DNA of 63,475 bases, the filler included, from Octopus bimaculoides (taxonomy: Eukaryota): NCBI RefSeq assembly GCF_001194135.2. It is 8 parts of 7 records of this genome, joined end to end, with 100 filler letters (N's around TTAATTAATTAA, not from the genome) between each part and the next. Parts side by side here need not be neighbours in the genome. Positions count along the whole stretch, not along the records: positions 47,626 to 53,583 come from NC_069010.1; positions 53,684 to 56,481 come from NC_068989.1; positions 56,582 to 60,729 come from NC_069004.1; positions 60,830 to 63,475 come from NC_069005.1; 4 more parts are not named here. The stretch is one strand, 5' to 3'. This document shows, one piece after another, positions 50,550 through 63,020 of this stretch. Position numbers and translations under genes: made by a program. The notes below the pieces were generated by a model that saw only the letters and a list, made by a program, of their open reading frames with translations, did not search any database and was not told the origin of the DNA. Each line of letters begins with the position of its first letter. Position 1 is the first letter of the stretch.

Positions 50550-50698
50550 CGCTCAAATTGTTGTCATCTCCTGATAATGTACCAGCCTTGTTAAACTGCA
50601 CCTTCGGCAAGGATCGAACTGGTGTCCTCTGTGCTTTGATTTTAGCCTGTCTCGGAAAAGATAAAGCCTACATTTCGAAGAACTATGCACAATCAGCT
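50550..50698 (+). CDS. Catalytic exon of the same phosphatase: (A)LKLLSSPDNVPALLNCTFGKDRTGVLCALILACLGKDKAYISKNYAQSA
   Basis: ttgttgcag| acceptor and |gtaagt donor; phase 1 matches the previous exon. CX5R loop C-TFGKD-R-TG matches the HCTAGKDRTG family signature and the following A.IL..LG....I..Y pattern. Confidence 0.9.
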
Positions 50699-50743
50699 GT
50701 AAGTTATTTCATATATTTTATTTCATAATTTTTCCATTCAGCT

Positions 50744-50806
50744 CACTACATGGATTAACTACATGGATTAACTACATGGATTAACTACATGGATTAACTA
50801 CATGGA
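50744..50806. repeat. 13-bp tandem repeat (actacatggatta) x about 4.8
   Basis: Directly visible, 45 nt after the phosphatase donor. Confidence 0.95.
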
Positions 50807-50829
50807 TACAAGGTAATGCTGGCAGTGAT

Positions 50830-51610
50830 GATTTCATGATTTCATCATCATCATCGTTTAACGTCCGCTTTCCATGCTAGCATGGGTTGGACGATTTGAC
50901 TGAGGAGTGGCGAACCAGATGGCTGCACCAGGCTCCAATCTGATCTGGCAGAGTTTCTACAGCTGGATGCCCTTCCTAATGTCAACCACANNNNNNNNNN
51001 NNNNNNNNNNNNNNNNNNNNNNNNNNNNNNNNNNNNNNNNNNNNNNNNNNNNNNNNNNNNNNNATGATTTCATCATCATCATCGTTTAACGTCCGCTTTC
51101 CATGCTAGCATGGGTTGGACGATTTGACTGAGGAGTGGCGAACCAGATGGCTGCACCAGGCTCCAATCTGATCTGGCAGAGTTTCTACAGCTGGATGCCC
51201 TTCCTAATGTCAACCACACCAAGAGTGTAGTGGGTGCTTTTATGTACCACCAGCACTAGGGCCAGTCAGGCAGTACTGGCAACGGCCACGCTCAAGTGGT
51301 GTTTTTTACGTGCCACCTGCACAGGAGCCAGTCCAGTGGCACTGGCAATGACCTCACTCGAATGTTTTTTCACGTGCCACCGGAACAAGTGCCAGTAAGG
51401 TGATGCTGGTAATGATCACGTTCAAATGGTGCGATTTATTTATTTATTTATGTTTTACCGTGCTGGTGCCACATGAAAAGCTCTCATGCTAGTGCCATGT
51501 AAAAGCACTCATGCGAAAACCATATAAAAAGCACCTAGCACACACTGTAAAATGGTTGGTGTTAGGAAGGGTATCCAGCTGTAGAAACCAAGCCAAATCA
51601 GACTGGAACC
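50830..51610 (-). mobile_element. RTE-tail-type SINE/LINE 3' end with (TGA)n tail; the first 160 bp is duplicated across a gap
   Basis: Reverse complement ends ...gtccaacccatgctagcatggaaagcggacgttaaacgatgatgatga, the same tail as 52280-52345. Confidence 0.7.
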
Positions 51611-51614
51611 TGGT

Positions 51615-52345
51615 GCTGCTAGAATAAGAATGAGCTGGGCAAATTCAGAGGGCTTCTATCTTTGTTGGTAACTAAGGGCTTCTCCCTCAGAGTAAAAGGC
51701 AGATTGTATGACGCATGTGTACATACAGCTAAGCTATATGGTAGTGAAACATGAACTCTGACTGCAGAGGACTTGCGGAGGCTTGAAAGAAATGAAGCTA
51801 GCATGCTCTGCTGAATGGGTAAATGGGTTTAAGAAGAAAACTGGGTATCAGATGCATCAGCTGTTGTGTGCCTGAGAGAAGACTGCCCTGGTTTGGTCGT
51901 GGGATGTGTATAGATGAGGACAGCTGCATAAAGACGTGTTGAGCTTTAATTGTGGTGGGGAACCTGTGGAAGGGGTAGACCCAGGAGGACGTGGGACATA
52001 ATAGGAAGAAAGGATCTTTGGACACTGGGCCTCAATTCAGTAAACGACAAGGGACTGGGAGTTCTGATTTGCTGTACTTGAGAAGACAGGTCAAGCCAAG
52101 TGAAATCGCTGTTGTCCTTTGCAGGTGCCCAGCGCCACGTTAAAATGCACTTGTGCCGGTGCTGCATAAATGCACCTGTGCTGGTTGGCACATAAGGAGC
52201 ACCTTAACTCCGTTAAAGGGTCGGCGTTTAAGAAGATAGAAACCATCCAGAACTGACAATTGGGAGTCTGGACAGCTCCTGTCAAACTGTCCAACCCATG
52301 CTAGCATAGAAAATGAACGTTAAATGATGATGGTGATGATAATAA
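51615..52345 (+). mobile_element. 3' end of an RTE LINE with 3'UTR and (TGA)n tail
   Basis: FRGLL..LVTKGFSLRVKGRLYDACVHTAKLYGSET; tail ...gaacgttaaatgatgatggtgatgat. Confidence 0.85.
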
Positions 52346-52621
52346 TGATGATGATGATGCAGCTATATCTGTACCTATTCCATTGTTTCTCTGCACCTGT
52401 TCCCTTCGAAATTTTACCACAATCCCCACCCCCTTCTTCTCACCACCCTCTTCTCTGTCTATTATCTTCGTTTCTCTCCTTCCCACAGCTCATCTACCCC
52501 CTGTACTCTTCGATATCTCAATCCACCTCTCACAGTGTTCGTAATCTTAAGTCAACAAACCAGGTCTAGCTTAGTTGGCGGAAATTGAAAAATGTAATGT
52601 TTTTCATGATGGTACTTATGT

Positions 52622-52980
52622 TAATTTATTCAAGACGGCATGTATAGTAATTTATTCAAGATGGCACATATTGTAATTTATTCAAAATAGTGTCTCGGGT
52701 AATTTATTCAAAATGGCTCATATGGTAATTTATTCAAGATGGCGTGTATGGTAATTTATTCAAGATGGCACGCAGGTAATTTATTGAAGATGGCATGCAT
52801 GGTAGCTTATTCAAGATGGCGTGCTTGGTAATTTCTTCAAGATGGCATAATTTCTTCAAGATGGCATAATTTCTTCAAGATGACATAATTTCTTCAAGAT
52901 GGCACACACAGTAATTTATTCAAGATGGCACACACAGTAATTTATTCAAGATGGCACACACGGTAATTTATTCAAGATTG
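52622..52980. repeat. Minisatellite with 15 units of about 26 nt (three shortened to 19 nt), core TAATTTATTCAAGATGGC
   Basis: Units counted by eye. Confidence 0.95.
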
Positions 52981-53683
52981 CTGCACCTGTATGAAATATG
53001 CTTGTATGGGTCAGCATATTAAAATAACACTGTGTAACATGATTTCTGTCCTTGGCTAGTGACTGTTATTTCCTGTTTACTTACTCCTAGAAAGCATGAA
53101 AAATGGCTAATATTTCCTTCAAACTTTGCTTTTGTTACACTTATTCAAACCTCAAAGAATCCCTCTCAAAACATGGCTATGATCAGAGATGCACATATTG
53201 TCAGCCACTAAGGGACATAAAATCTCAATTGGTTAAGGTCCAGCAACTGACAAACAAATCTGTGGTATTGAGCAGAATATTTGCTATAACGATATTTCTG
53301 CTTCAGCAACTCAGTGCTGGATCTGTGTGAAATGTAATGGGAAATAGGTCAGTTTGAAAACATTGATGTCAAGGTCAGAAAAACTATATTTCAAGGGAAT
53401 GGTAGTGATTTCCTTTGATTTCTAGATAGGAGCAAATAGGAAATGGCACTTACTATCAATGCTACCACTGCCACCACCACCACTACTACCACTATCAATG
53501 CTACCACCACCAGCACCACTACTACCACTATCAATGCTACCACCACCACCACCACTACTACCACTATCAATGCCACCACCACCNNNNNNNNNNNNNNNNN
53601 NNNNNNNNNNNNNNNNNNNNNNNNNNNTTAATTAATTAANNNNNNNNNNNNNNNNNNNNNNNNNNNNNNNNNNNNNNNNNNNN

Positions 53684-53714
<31 letters not shown>

Positions 53715-54707
53715 CATAAATATGCATGTATGTGTGTATCTGTATGTGTATATATGTTTATATATACATATATATACGTATAGGTTATGTATATGTGTAT
53801 ATACATATTCTGAATGATTGATACGGAAGACAGAGCACACAGAAGCACAGACACATATACATACATTTGCATACACCCCTTCAGACATACACACACATAT
53901 TTATATATATATTAAATATGAAGAGATCGCAGTGTTAATCTTGCTTCGATTCAACTGATCACGTTCACAACTAGCGGTTATATGCGATGTGAATGCTTAA
54001 GATCTATCTATCTATATATCTATACATACATACATACATACATACATGCATACATACATACATACATATATACCATCTTGACTATGCTGCTGTTCAACAG
54101 TCTAGTCTCCACATAAAATGTACAATGAAAATGTACTCCTCAGCTGCATAATGGAATTTCATTTTAGAAAGTCATTTTCTAGATGTGCGCATACATATCA
54201 GTATATATATTTGAGGGGTAGATTGAGTGAGGAGGAGAAGAGGCGGAAAAAGAGAAACGAGAACGAGAGAACTAAGTGATATAGAATTAAGCTCTGAAAG
54301 GTGTGACGGGCAATGATGTAAAAGCCAAATTCTCTCTGTCCAAAGTTACTTCAGCCGCCACTTCTCCCTCTACAACTTAACACTGAAACTTGAGCTCTGC
54401 GTTGCTTTCCTTTCCTTTCTTTCAATCCGCACTCCTCTGCTTTTTTTTTACTTTCCCCCTCTTTTCTGCCGCCCCTTTCAAACAAATATCGTATATATCG
54501 TTACCATCCAGACGCAATTTTGATTACTGGTTGCAAACATGTTCGCAAAGCACCAAACAAGATTAACTTTGTAAAACAGTTACTGCTAAAATGATATATA
54601 ACATACGCCATTTCTTGAAGTATTCAATATTCTACTCTCTGTTCTGCATGATAGAATGTTGACAACAACCATACAAGAATGCATCTTTCTTTCTTTCTTT
54701 CTTTTCT

Positions 54708-54750
<43 letters not shown>

Positions 54751-54996
54751 ACCAACCTATCTATCTCCCTCTCTACCTATCCGTGTATCTATCTATACAT
54801 TTATTTATTCAACGAATAGTCGCAGTAAAATAATGAATATCCATTGTTCATAATTTAGCAGGTTGACTAAGCCATTAAGGGCAAAACATGGGATCACTGT
54901 CAATTCAATATTATTAATAAATTTCTCAGTACGTAACGTACAAATTTCCACCACCACTAAACGTATTTGTTGCTTTACATGTTGAATAACATTACT

Positions 54997-55048
<52 letters not shown>

Positions 55049-55454
55049 TTCGGTAACCAACCATAATAAGCCTGGTGATGTCGGCGTTTCACGTTATGTA
55101 AACTGTTTATATAATTAATTTCTCTCGCTCTCTATCTCTCTTTCTCTCTCTCTATCTATTCATCTATCTATTTATAACTGATATACACACTTATGTTCAC
55201 TTTGGCATCAAACTACACAGCATGAGACAATCTCTTTTTAAACTTTGATACTCTCATCTCTAAGTTATATATTCATATGCATTCGTTGATCCAGTGAGAT
55301 GCATTTCCATGATTTCAGAAATATTGCTTGGTTAACTTTCTTAATCTGCAACGGAAATATAGAAAAAATGTTGCACTTACTACTATAGTTACACCATCTT
55401 TTTGCATATATAATCTTTAAAGATACCGTTGATCGAATATACGTTCACTCCCCA

Positions 55455-55543
<89 letters not shown>

Positions 55544-56365
55544 GGTGGGGAGAGTGAGCTGTAGCAATTGCCAAGTATGCATAGATAGAGAATCAGCTAG
55601 GGAATCAACCACCGTACACTACCTTTCAAGATCATCTGACATCATATAAGGACATGAGGTAATTATATTTGTTATTGAAACATTTTTTCTATTTCCTTTC
55701 CAGATGAAAAAAAATGAGAAAAAATTAGCAAGCGATAGCTTTGACGTCTTCGAAACGCAACTGAATGGATCAATGTGTATGTATGTATGTATGTATGTAT
55801 GTATGTATGTATGTATGCATGCGCGTGCTGTGCGTGTATATATATATACATATATATGAAAGACTCTCCCGTTGTTAGACGACGTATGAGGATTCGACAA
55901 TTTCTTCCCGAACAACCACACAGTTGCTACAGGCCTTTGAAGATTGATCGATATATGTTCACTCCCACCATCAAATCGACATTACCTGTACAGGTGCAAC
56001 GGGTGCCGCATGTCAGATGATGAAATGATCGCAGGGAAACGTGAAATGAAGTGCTTTGCGCAAGAATACAGCGCAACACCCGGTCTGGGGATCGGACCCA
56101 CGATCTCGCAATCATGAGTTTTTATTGTTTAACAACTGAGCCATGAGTCTCCATACGCGCACACACACATACACACAAACATATATATAGTTACATCCAT
56201 ACATTTATATGGACATATATGTATAACTGTATGAGTATATGTTTGTTGCTATGTATGTACAAGTGTATATAAAAATATGTTTGAATATGCATATATATGT
56301 ATTTGCTTATATATACATTTGTGTGTATGTATGTACGTATATATGTATGTATATACGTATATATG

Positions 56366-56400
<35 letters not shown>

Positions 56401-57043
56401 TTTATTTAAAAGCAGCAGAAATATAACAAAAAAACCGTTACTCTGAGTTTCACGTTTCCGTTCATCGGACAGTTTTGTTAANNNNNNNNNNNNNNNNNNN
56501 NNNNNNNNNNNNNNNNNNNNNNNNNTTAATTAATTAANNNNNNNNNNNNNNNNNNNNNNNNNNNNNNNNNNNNNNNNNNNNTATATATATATATATATAT
56601 ATGGGAGGGGGGTTGTCCCAACCTCCATCACTTGGCAACCGATGTTGGAGTGTTTACGTCCCAGTAATCTAGCGGTTCGGTGAAAGATACCGATAGAATA
56701 AGTCCTCGGGTCGATTTGTTCGACGAAAACCCCTTTAGGTGATGCTCCAGCATGACCGCAGCCAACTAACTGAAACATGTCAAAGAATAAAAGAATATAT
56801 ATATATATACAATAGCGAACATCGTGGCTTTCGGCCTGGTCTGTACGGTGTTAAAATGCATTCATAAGCCATGTATTGGCATCTACCGCAATGTCTATTT
56901 TTCTTACAGCAAAAGACATTAAAAAGTATTTAAATATTTAAATAACATAATTTTACAAATTTATTTCGAATTTCTAAATGCAGAGTGTAATATAGAGAAA
57001 TGAATTGTACGAAAATTATAAAGCATTTACAAAACTTTATATA

Positions 57044-57863
57044 TTAGATCGTCAAGTAAGAAATTTGTAGTAAGGTATATGGTAAACTTTGACAGCAGCT
57101 CATTTTGCGCCATTATTATATTTTGACAATCTTTATTTTTTTGTTAGAATGCTGACACATCTATTTCTTTATTATATGTCATTTTGCGCTTTATAAAGAA
57201 TTTATATATCGTTTTTTTTTTTAGAGATGGATAAATCGGAAATTCGTACAGTTTTGAAATATGAGTTCTTTCTTGGAAATACAGCATCACAGACAGCTCG
57301 GAATATTAATGGAGTATTTCATTCTAATGTTATTACACAGAAGACAGTATAAATTGGTTTGCAAAGTTTCATTCTGGTAACTTTGACCTCACAAATGAGC
57401 AACGCGGTCGACCAGAAACAAAGGTGGATAATGACGAGCTGAAAGCCCCCAGTCGAGTCAGATCCATCTCAAAGTGTCCGTGAATTATCGTTGTTGTTTG
57501 GTGTTAGCAAGCAAACAATATTGACTCACCTAGTTCAAATCAGTAAAGTGAAAAAGTTGGATAAGTGGGTTCCACATGAACTCAATGAAAATCAGAAACA
57601 GCAACGTTTGGAAGCCTGCATTATGCTACTTTTTGACAGGAAAAAAATTTAATTCTGAGGATGCTGTAAAATAGGCCTTCCAAGATTTTATTGACTCTAG
57701 ATTGCCAGGCATTTAAAGTTCCGGGCTGGACAAGCTACCGCTGAAATGGCAAGAGTGTATTGACAATAAGAGTGCATACTTTGATGAATAAAACTATTCC
57801 TTGTATTTATAAAACATTAGCAAACTTTTTTCTTTTCTACAAATTTCATAATTGACGAACCAA
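57044..57863 (+). mobile_element. Internally deleted Hsmar1/SETMAR-like mariner
   Basis: TIRs ttagatcgtcaagtaagaaatttgtag / ctacaaatttcataattgacgaaccaa; TA TSD; MDKSEIRTVLKYEF...WFAKFHSGNFDLTNEQRGRP...KWVPHELNENQKQQRLEAC. Confidence 0.88.
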
Positions 57864-57895
57864 TACAATGCTTTTAACTTTTTCTTTGGAGTATA

Positions 57896-59183
57896 CGAGG
57901 GGTGTGCCTTACAGCTTCCCTTTGGACCACGTCCAGTTATCGCAGGAAGCGGAATTTGTACAGGTATAATCATACATGTCTCTACATGTCTCTACATGTC
58001 ACATTATAAACTTTAGCTTTTCGTTAGTATTCATTTGTTTTCATGGCTGCTGAAGTGTTATAATGAAGGCGGTTGGATGCAGGTCAGTGATCAGGTCCTT
58101 ATACTAGATAGGTCGTGCACCAAAGGAAACTTTCAATGAGCTGAAAGAAGTTTATGGTGGTGATGCACCATCATATGAGATAGTCAAACACTGGCTTCAC
58201 CAGTTCAAATGTGGTCGGACATCGGAGGAAACTGCTCCTATCCCTGGACGACCACATTCCGCCATTAATGACAGCACCACCCAAAAAGTGGAAGCCGCCG
58301 TTTTGGCGAATCACCGCATAACTATTCAGCAACTAGCCCAAGAAAAGAAGATAAGTGTAGGGTCTGTTGAAAAAAATCATTCACGACCATTTACACATGC
58401 AGAAGTTGTCAGCACAATGGATTCATCGGTTGCTCACACATTTTCTGAAGCAGGAACGAATCAATTTGCTCCTAGACTCTTTTGATAATGTGACAAGAAA
58501 ACGAGGCGAACTTTTTCGGCAGACTTATCACACAGGATGAAACGTGGGTCCATAACTATGATCCTGAGATTAAAGTCCAGTCGAAGCACTGAAAGCATGA
58601 TAACTCACCTCTTCCAAAGAAGGCTGGTGCCCAACCCTTAGCAGGGAAGGTGATGCACAGTCTCTCGGGACCATCGCGGAGTAGTGATGATGGATTTTCT
58701 GGTAAAGAGCACCACAATTAACGAGGCATATTGTGCTTTTCTGCTGCAGAAATTCCTGTACGCCATCAAGGCAAACAGGCGTGGCATGCTAACCGAAGGG
58801 GTCCACCTCCTCCAAGACAACATCCCAGTTCACAATGCGCATGTTTCGCAGATGAAAGCACACTCCTGCAGCTATGAATTCCTTCTTCATCCCCTTACTT
58901 TCCCGACCTCGCACGACCTGACTTCCACATATTTCCAATCATGAAGTCTTTTTTGAAGGGGAAGCACTTTTCGGATGATGATGAACTTATTTGCGAGGTA
59001 AAATCTTGGTTCCAGATGCAACCTACCCACTTCTACAGACGAGATCTTCACAGCTGTATAAAGCATTGCGAGAAGAGTATCACCATTGGCGGTGATTACG
59101 TAGAGAAGTAATACTTATGCTAAATTTCGTTTAACCAGTCCTTGGGAAGTGGGTCATGGGAAATCTTTAATGAACACCCCTCG
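57896..59183 (+). mobile_element. Full-length (about 1.29 kb) but inactivated mariner
   Basis: TIRs cgaggggtgtgccttacagcttccc / gggaaatctttaatgaacacccctcg; TA TSD; transposase with stops and frameshifts, including ITQDETWVHNYDPE, LLQDNIPVH and a degenerate HPPYSPDLAPSD region. Confidence 0.92.
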
Positions 59184-59778
59184 TATATGAAGAGTTTGTG
59201 AGGGATTCATACCCTGGAACAGTCTACATACAATTGACCATGTGAGAAACGGCCATTTTCTAGATGGAGACCGACAACCTGCGGTGTTGGACCTTGGGAC
59301 TTGTTAATAGTCAATGCGTAACTGACTCTCACTGGGAATTGCAATCGTTTGAAATGAAAGAGAACATTTATTGGTATTCTAGGTATAAATACAATGTCTC
59401 CTTTACTACATCCAGTGAGGATTTTTGCTTTGATAATGTGAGGCTATAGGTCAGTCATAACCATATGTGTACCATTGCACAATCTTGGCTGATCCAGGTT
59501 TATGAGAAGCATGACGAATGCGTCCTTTATCAATTCAGGGTTGCGTGGTGGAATACCGGACGGTTCCAGACTGTTGAGGAATTCAATGGGATAATAGACA
59601 GCAGCATCATCGTCAACAACTTTGTCGATAGATTTATAGATGTGGCTACCCCCATCTCACCTCTATCTCTCTTGTTTTTTTCGCCTTAGCCCAATTTCTA
59701 TCTGTCTCACGTATTTTTTCTACGGAGAATAAGAGGTAGAGATAGTGAGAGAGAGACGCATATACAACCAGAGAGAGA

Positions 59779-59822
<44 letters not shown>

Positions 59823-59999
59823 AAGAGAGAAAAAGAGAAATAAAGAGAAAGTGAGAGAGATAGAGACATAGAGAGCGACATATAAACAGAGAGAGAGTAG
59901 AGGTCCGGCAGCTCACTTGTTTTCTCTCTGTAACCCCGTTTCTCTGTCTGTCTGAGAGAAAGAGGAAGAGTTAGGGAAAAAGACACACACACATATACA

Positions 60000-60097
<98 letters not shown>

Positions 60098-60249
60098 GAT
60101 AGTGAGAGAGATAGAGATATAGACATATAGACAGAGAGAAAGCGGAGATTCGGTGGCGACTTCAAAGGAATAAATGTAGTGCATAAACTTACAGAAAATT
60201 GGATATAGATTGAGTGATTGGTGGAGTATTTTTTCATTCTGCAAAAAGC

Positions 60250-60690
60250 ATAACGGTGAAATAGACAGCACGTAGATTGCTAGAGATAGGAGCCAATACA
60301 CCACCAACTCGGCACCTCCCTATTCCGTTTTCGGAAAATAAGTGCAGTTATCTCTGGATTGGTCAAGTTAAAATGTCACAAAAAACCTGAAATATTATCA
60401 ATTTTATTTAGTGCTCTCTGCGGTCAACGAAGAAACAAACAAACGTTGCTTTTTATATTTGATGCTTTCAGCGGTCAACGTACAAACAAACTTTGCTTTT
60501 ATTAAGGATATATAGAAATTACGGTGAAATAGACAGTACATGAATTGTTAGAAATAGGAATCAATGCACTGCCCCCTACAATCCATTTTCGGAAAATATG
60601 GGCACAATTGTCTGCGGAATGTTCAAATTAATAAAAAAAATTTAAATAACACGATAAAGCTGAAATTTCAATTACTACGCTTTTTATAGG
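60250..60690. repeat. Two diverged direct repeats of about 180-260 bp
   Basis: acggtgaaatagacagcacgtagattgctagagataggagccaat...ttttcggaaaat at 60254 and acggtgaaatagacagtacatgaattgttagaaataggaatcaat...ttttcggaaaat at 60521. Confidence 0.75.
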
Positions 60691-60987
60691 GATATATACA
60701 TACATACATACACACACACACATATATATNNNNNNNNNNNNNNNNNNNNNNNNNNNNNNNNNNNNNNNNNNNNTTAATTAATTAANNNNNNNNNNNNNNN
60801 NNNNNNNNNNNNNNNNNNNNNNNNNNNNNTATATATAAGTACTGAGTACGGTCTGTTGGATGAAAAAAAGAAAAGGAAACAAAATGGAAAAAAAGTCTTC
60901 AACGCAGTGTCCCAGCTTGGCCACAGCCCAGCATTTGAAATAAGATAAAAGATAAAAATACATTTAATGTACACCACAACCACCACC

Positions 60988-61019
<32 letters not shown>

Positions 61020-61911
61020 CACCACCACCATTACCATCACAACCGTCACCACCAACCCCACCCTACTACCACCACCACTACTGCTACCACCATCACTAGA
61101 AATATTGGTTTGGGTCAGCATATTTAACGTTACGATATCAAAATAACTAACTATGTAACTAATTAGAGATAATTAATGTGGTAAAGATAACTTTAGCTTA
61201 ATGACTTCTAATTAAGGCTGCTTATATTCAAAGGCATTTTTAGCCGTGACCACCTTGTCTGTTGTTTTATTTTTGTTATACTATTAAATGTGTCCTTCTT
61301 TTTAAGACAGCAGGATAGGGAATGATTGAGACTTGACTGCTATTTCTAACACCTTCAGTGACCACATGACTAGATTTCCTCCGTCTCGTGATGTTCTGGA
61401 TGCTGGTTGCATACTACTGCTGCTGCTGCTAGACCAAGGTCAACTCTGGTTGATTAGGTATGTAACCAAATTTCTTTTGGAAGATGTTCTGAGGATGTGT
61501 TTGGCTGTTGTTTCTATCAACGTCTTCAAAGCAAAACAACAAAACAACGGCAGGAACATCTTTGATCATGTATCTCGTCATGAGTAAACCTGACCTTGGG
61601 CTAAATGATAACAATAGCAACAAGAACGTAATACGTCACAAAACCGCCACAGGTAGAACCATTCCGGTTTATTGATTTTTTTCCGGACCAGGGATGGTCG
61701 GTCACCATGGCCAACACACTGAATTAAACCACCAAGATCTAATTAAACAAATATTAAAATTTGCTGTGTGGTAAGATGCTTGCTTCCCAAGTGCATGGTT
61801 CCGAGTTCAGTCCCACTGCGTAACATCTTGAGCAAGAGTCTACTACTATAAGCCTCGGGCTCACTAAAGCCTGTGAGTGAGTTTTGTAAACGGAAACTGA
61901 AAGAAGCCTGT

Positions 61912-61954
<43 letters not shown>

Positions 61955-62437
61955 NNNNNNNNNNNNNNNNNNNNNNNNNNNNNNNNNNNNNNNNNNNNNN
62001 NNNNNNNNNNNNNNNNNNNNNNNNNNNNNNNNNNNNNNNNNNNNNNNNNNNNNNNNNNNNNNNNNNNNNNNNNNNNNNNNNNNNNNNNNNNNNNNNNNNN
62101 NNNNNNNNNNNNNNNNNNNNNNNNNNNNNNNNNNNNNNNNNNNNNNNNNNNNNNNNNNNNNNNNNNNNNNNNNNNNNNNNNNNNNNNNNNNNNNNNNNNN
62201 NNNNNNNNNNNNNNNNNNNNNNNNNNNNNNNNNNNNNNNNNNNNNNNNNNNNNNNNNNNNNNNNNNNNNNNNNNNNNNNNNNNNNNNNNNNNNNNNNNNN
62301 NNNNNNNNNNNNNNNNNNNNNNNNNNNNNNNNNNNNNNNNNNNNNNNNNNNNNNNNNNNNNNNNNNNNNNNNNNNNNNNNNNNNNNNNNNNNNNNNNNNN
62401 NNNNNNNNNNNNNNNNNNNNNNNNNNNNNNNNNNNNN

Positions 62438-62493
<56 letters not shown>

Positions 62494-63020
62494 AGTGTTC
62501 GTCCCCCGCAACCGCTTGACAACTGGTGTTGGTGTGTTCACGTCCTCGTAACGTAATGGTTCGGCAAAAGCGACCGGCATAGGAAAAAGAAGAAAATGGA
62601 GATTTTTAAGTTAATAAGAGTTTATTATGAACAACAAACAGATGGCACGCTGAAGTAGTCTGGCGCCCACAGAATGTGGAAGTTCCTGCTTGTAAATTAT
62701 TGCGGTTTGTAAGAGGTTCCGGACTACCAGTGTCTGCAAAATCTGTGTCGTACCTGTAAGTTGCCAGTGAACCTATGAGAAATAGCAGCCAAATCTCTCT
62801 CGTATCAAAAGCGTGGGGTCTTTTTTTAAAAAAAAACTATACCCTGGGTTAGAGAGCATGGTCATTGCTGGAAATGCTTTTGATTATGCCTAGGTTCAAT
62901 TCTGATCAGAATCCAGAGAAGACCAACACTAAAATAATGACTTCTGTATTTAGCAGAAAATCAGTAGATTTGAGGGGAGGGGAAGAGTTGATCCTATCGA
63001 TTTCTAGTATATGTCTAGAT

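Larger units (their letters stand above)
56812..59655 (-). mobile_element. Helitron relic (PIF1-like helicase C-terminus, 3'UTR and 3' end) interrupted by two mariners
   Basis: 59200-59655 (-): YPIEFLNSLEPSGIPP...VMLLINLDQPRLCNGT...FIPRIP...FKRLQFPVRVSYALTINKSQG...FSHGQLYVDCSRV. The coding tail continues across both insertions to IVYKVL*. Hairpin ggccgaaagcc plus CTAT-T at about 56812-56836. Confidence 0.85.

Noticed and set aside
50830-51217. Exact 160-bp duplication at 50830-50990 and 51064-51217
   Set aside because: The copies flank an N gap, typical of unmerged overlapping contig ends. The same applies to about 44265-44388 versus 44510-44630.
52622-52980. CRISPR-like appearance of the 26-nt repeat array
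   Set aside because: Eukaryotic context, no unique spacers of constant length and no cas genes; it is a minisatellite.
55705-55775. Strong acceptor (ttcctttccag|ATGAAA...) as the next phosphatase exon
   Set aside because: The translation MKKNEKKLASDSFDVFETQLNGS does not resemble the expected family C-terminus, and it is in another assembly block.
481-63000. The many YIYI/CVCV/HTHT/LSLS and X-filled ORFs in the track
   Set aside because: They are translations of microsatellites or N gaps, with no coding signal.
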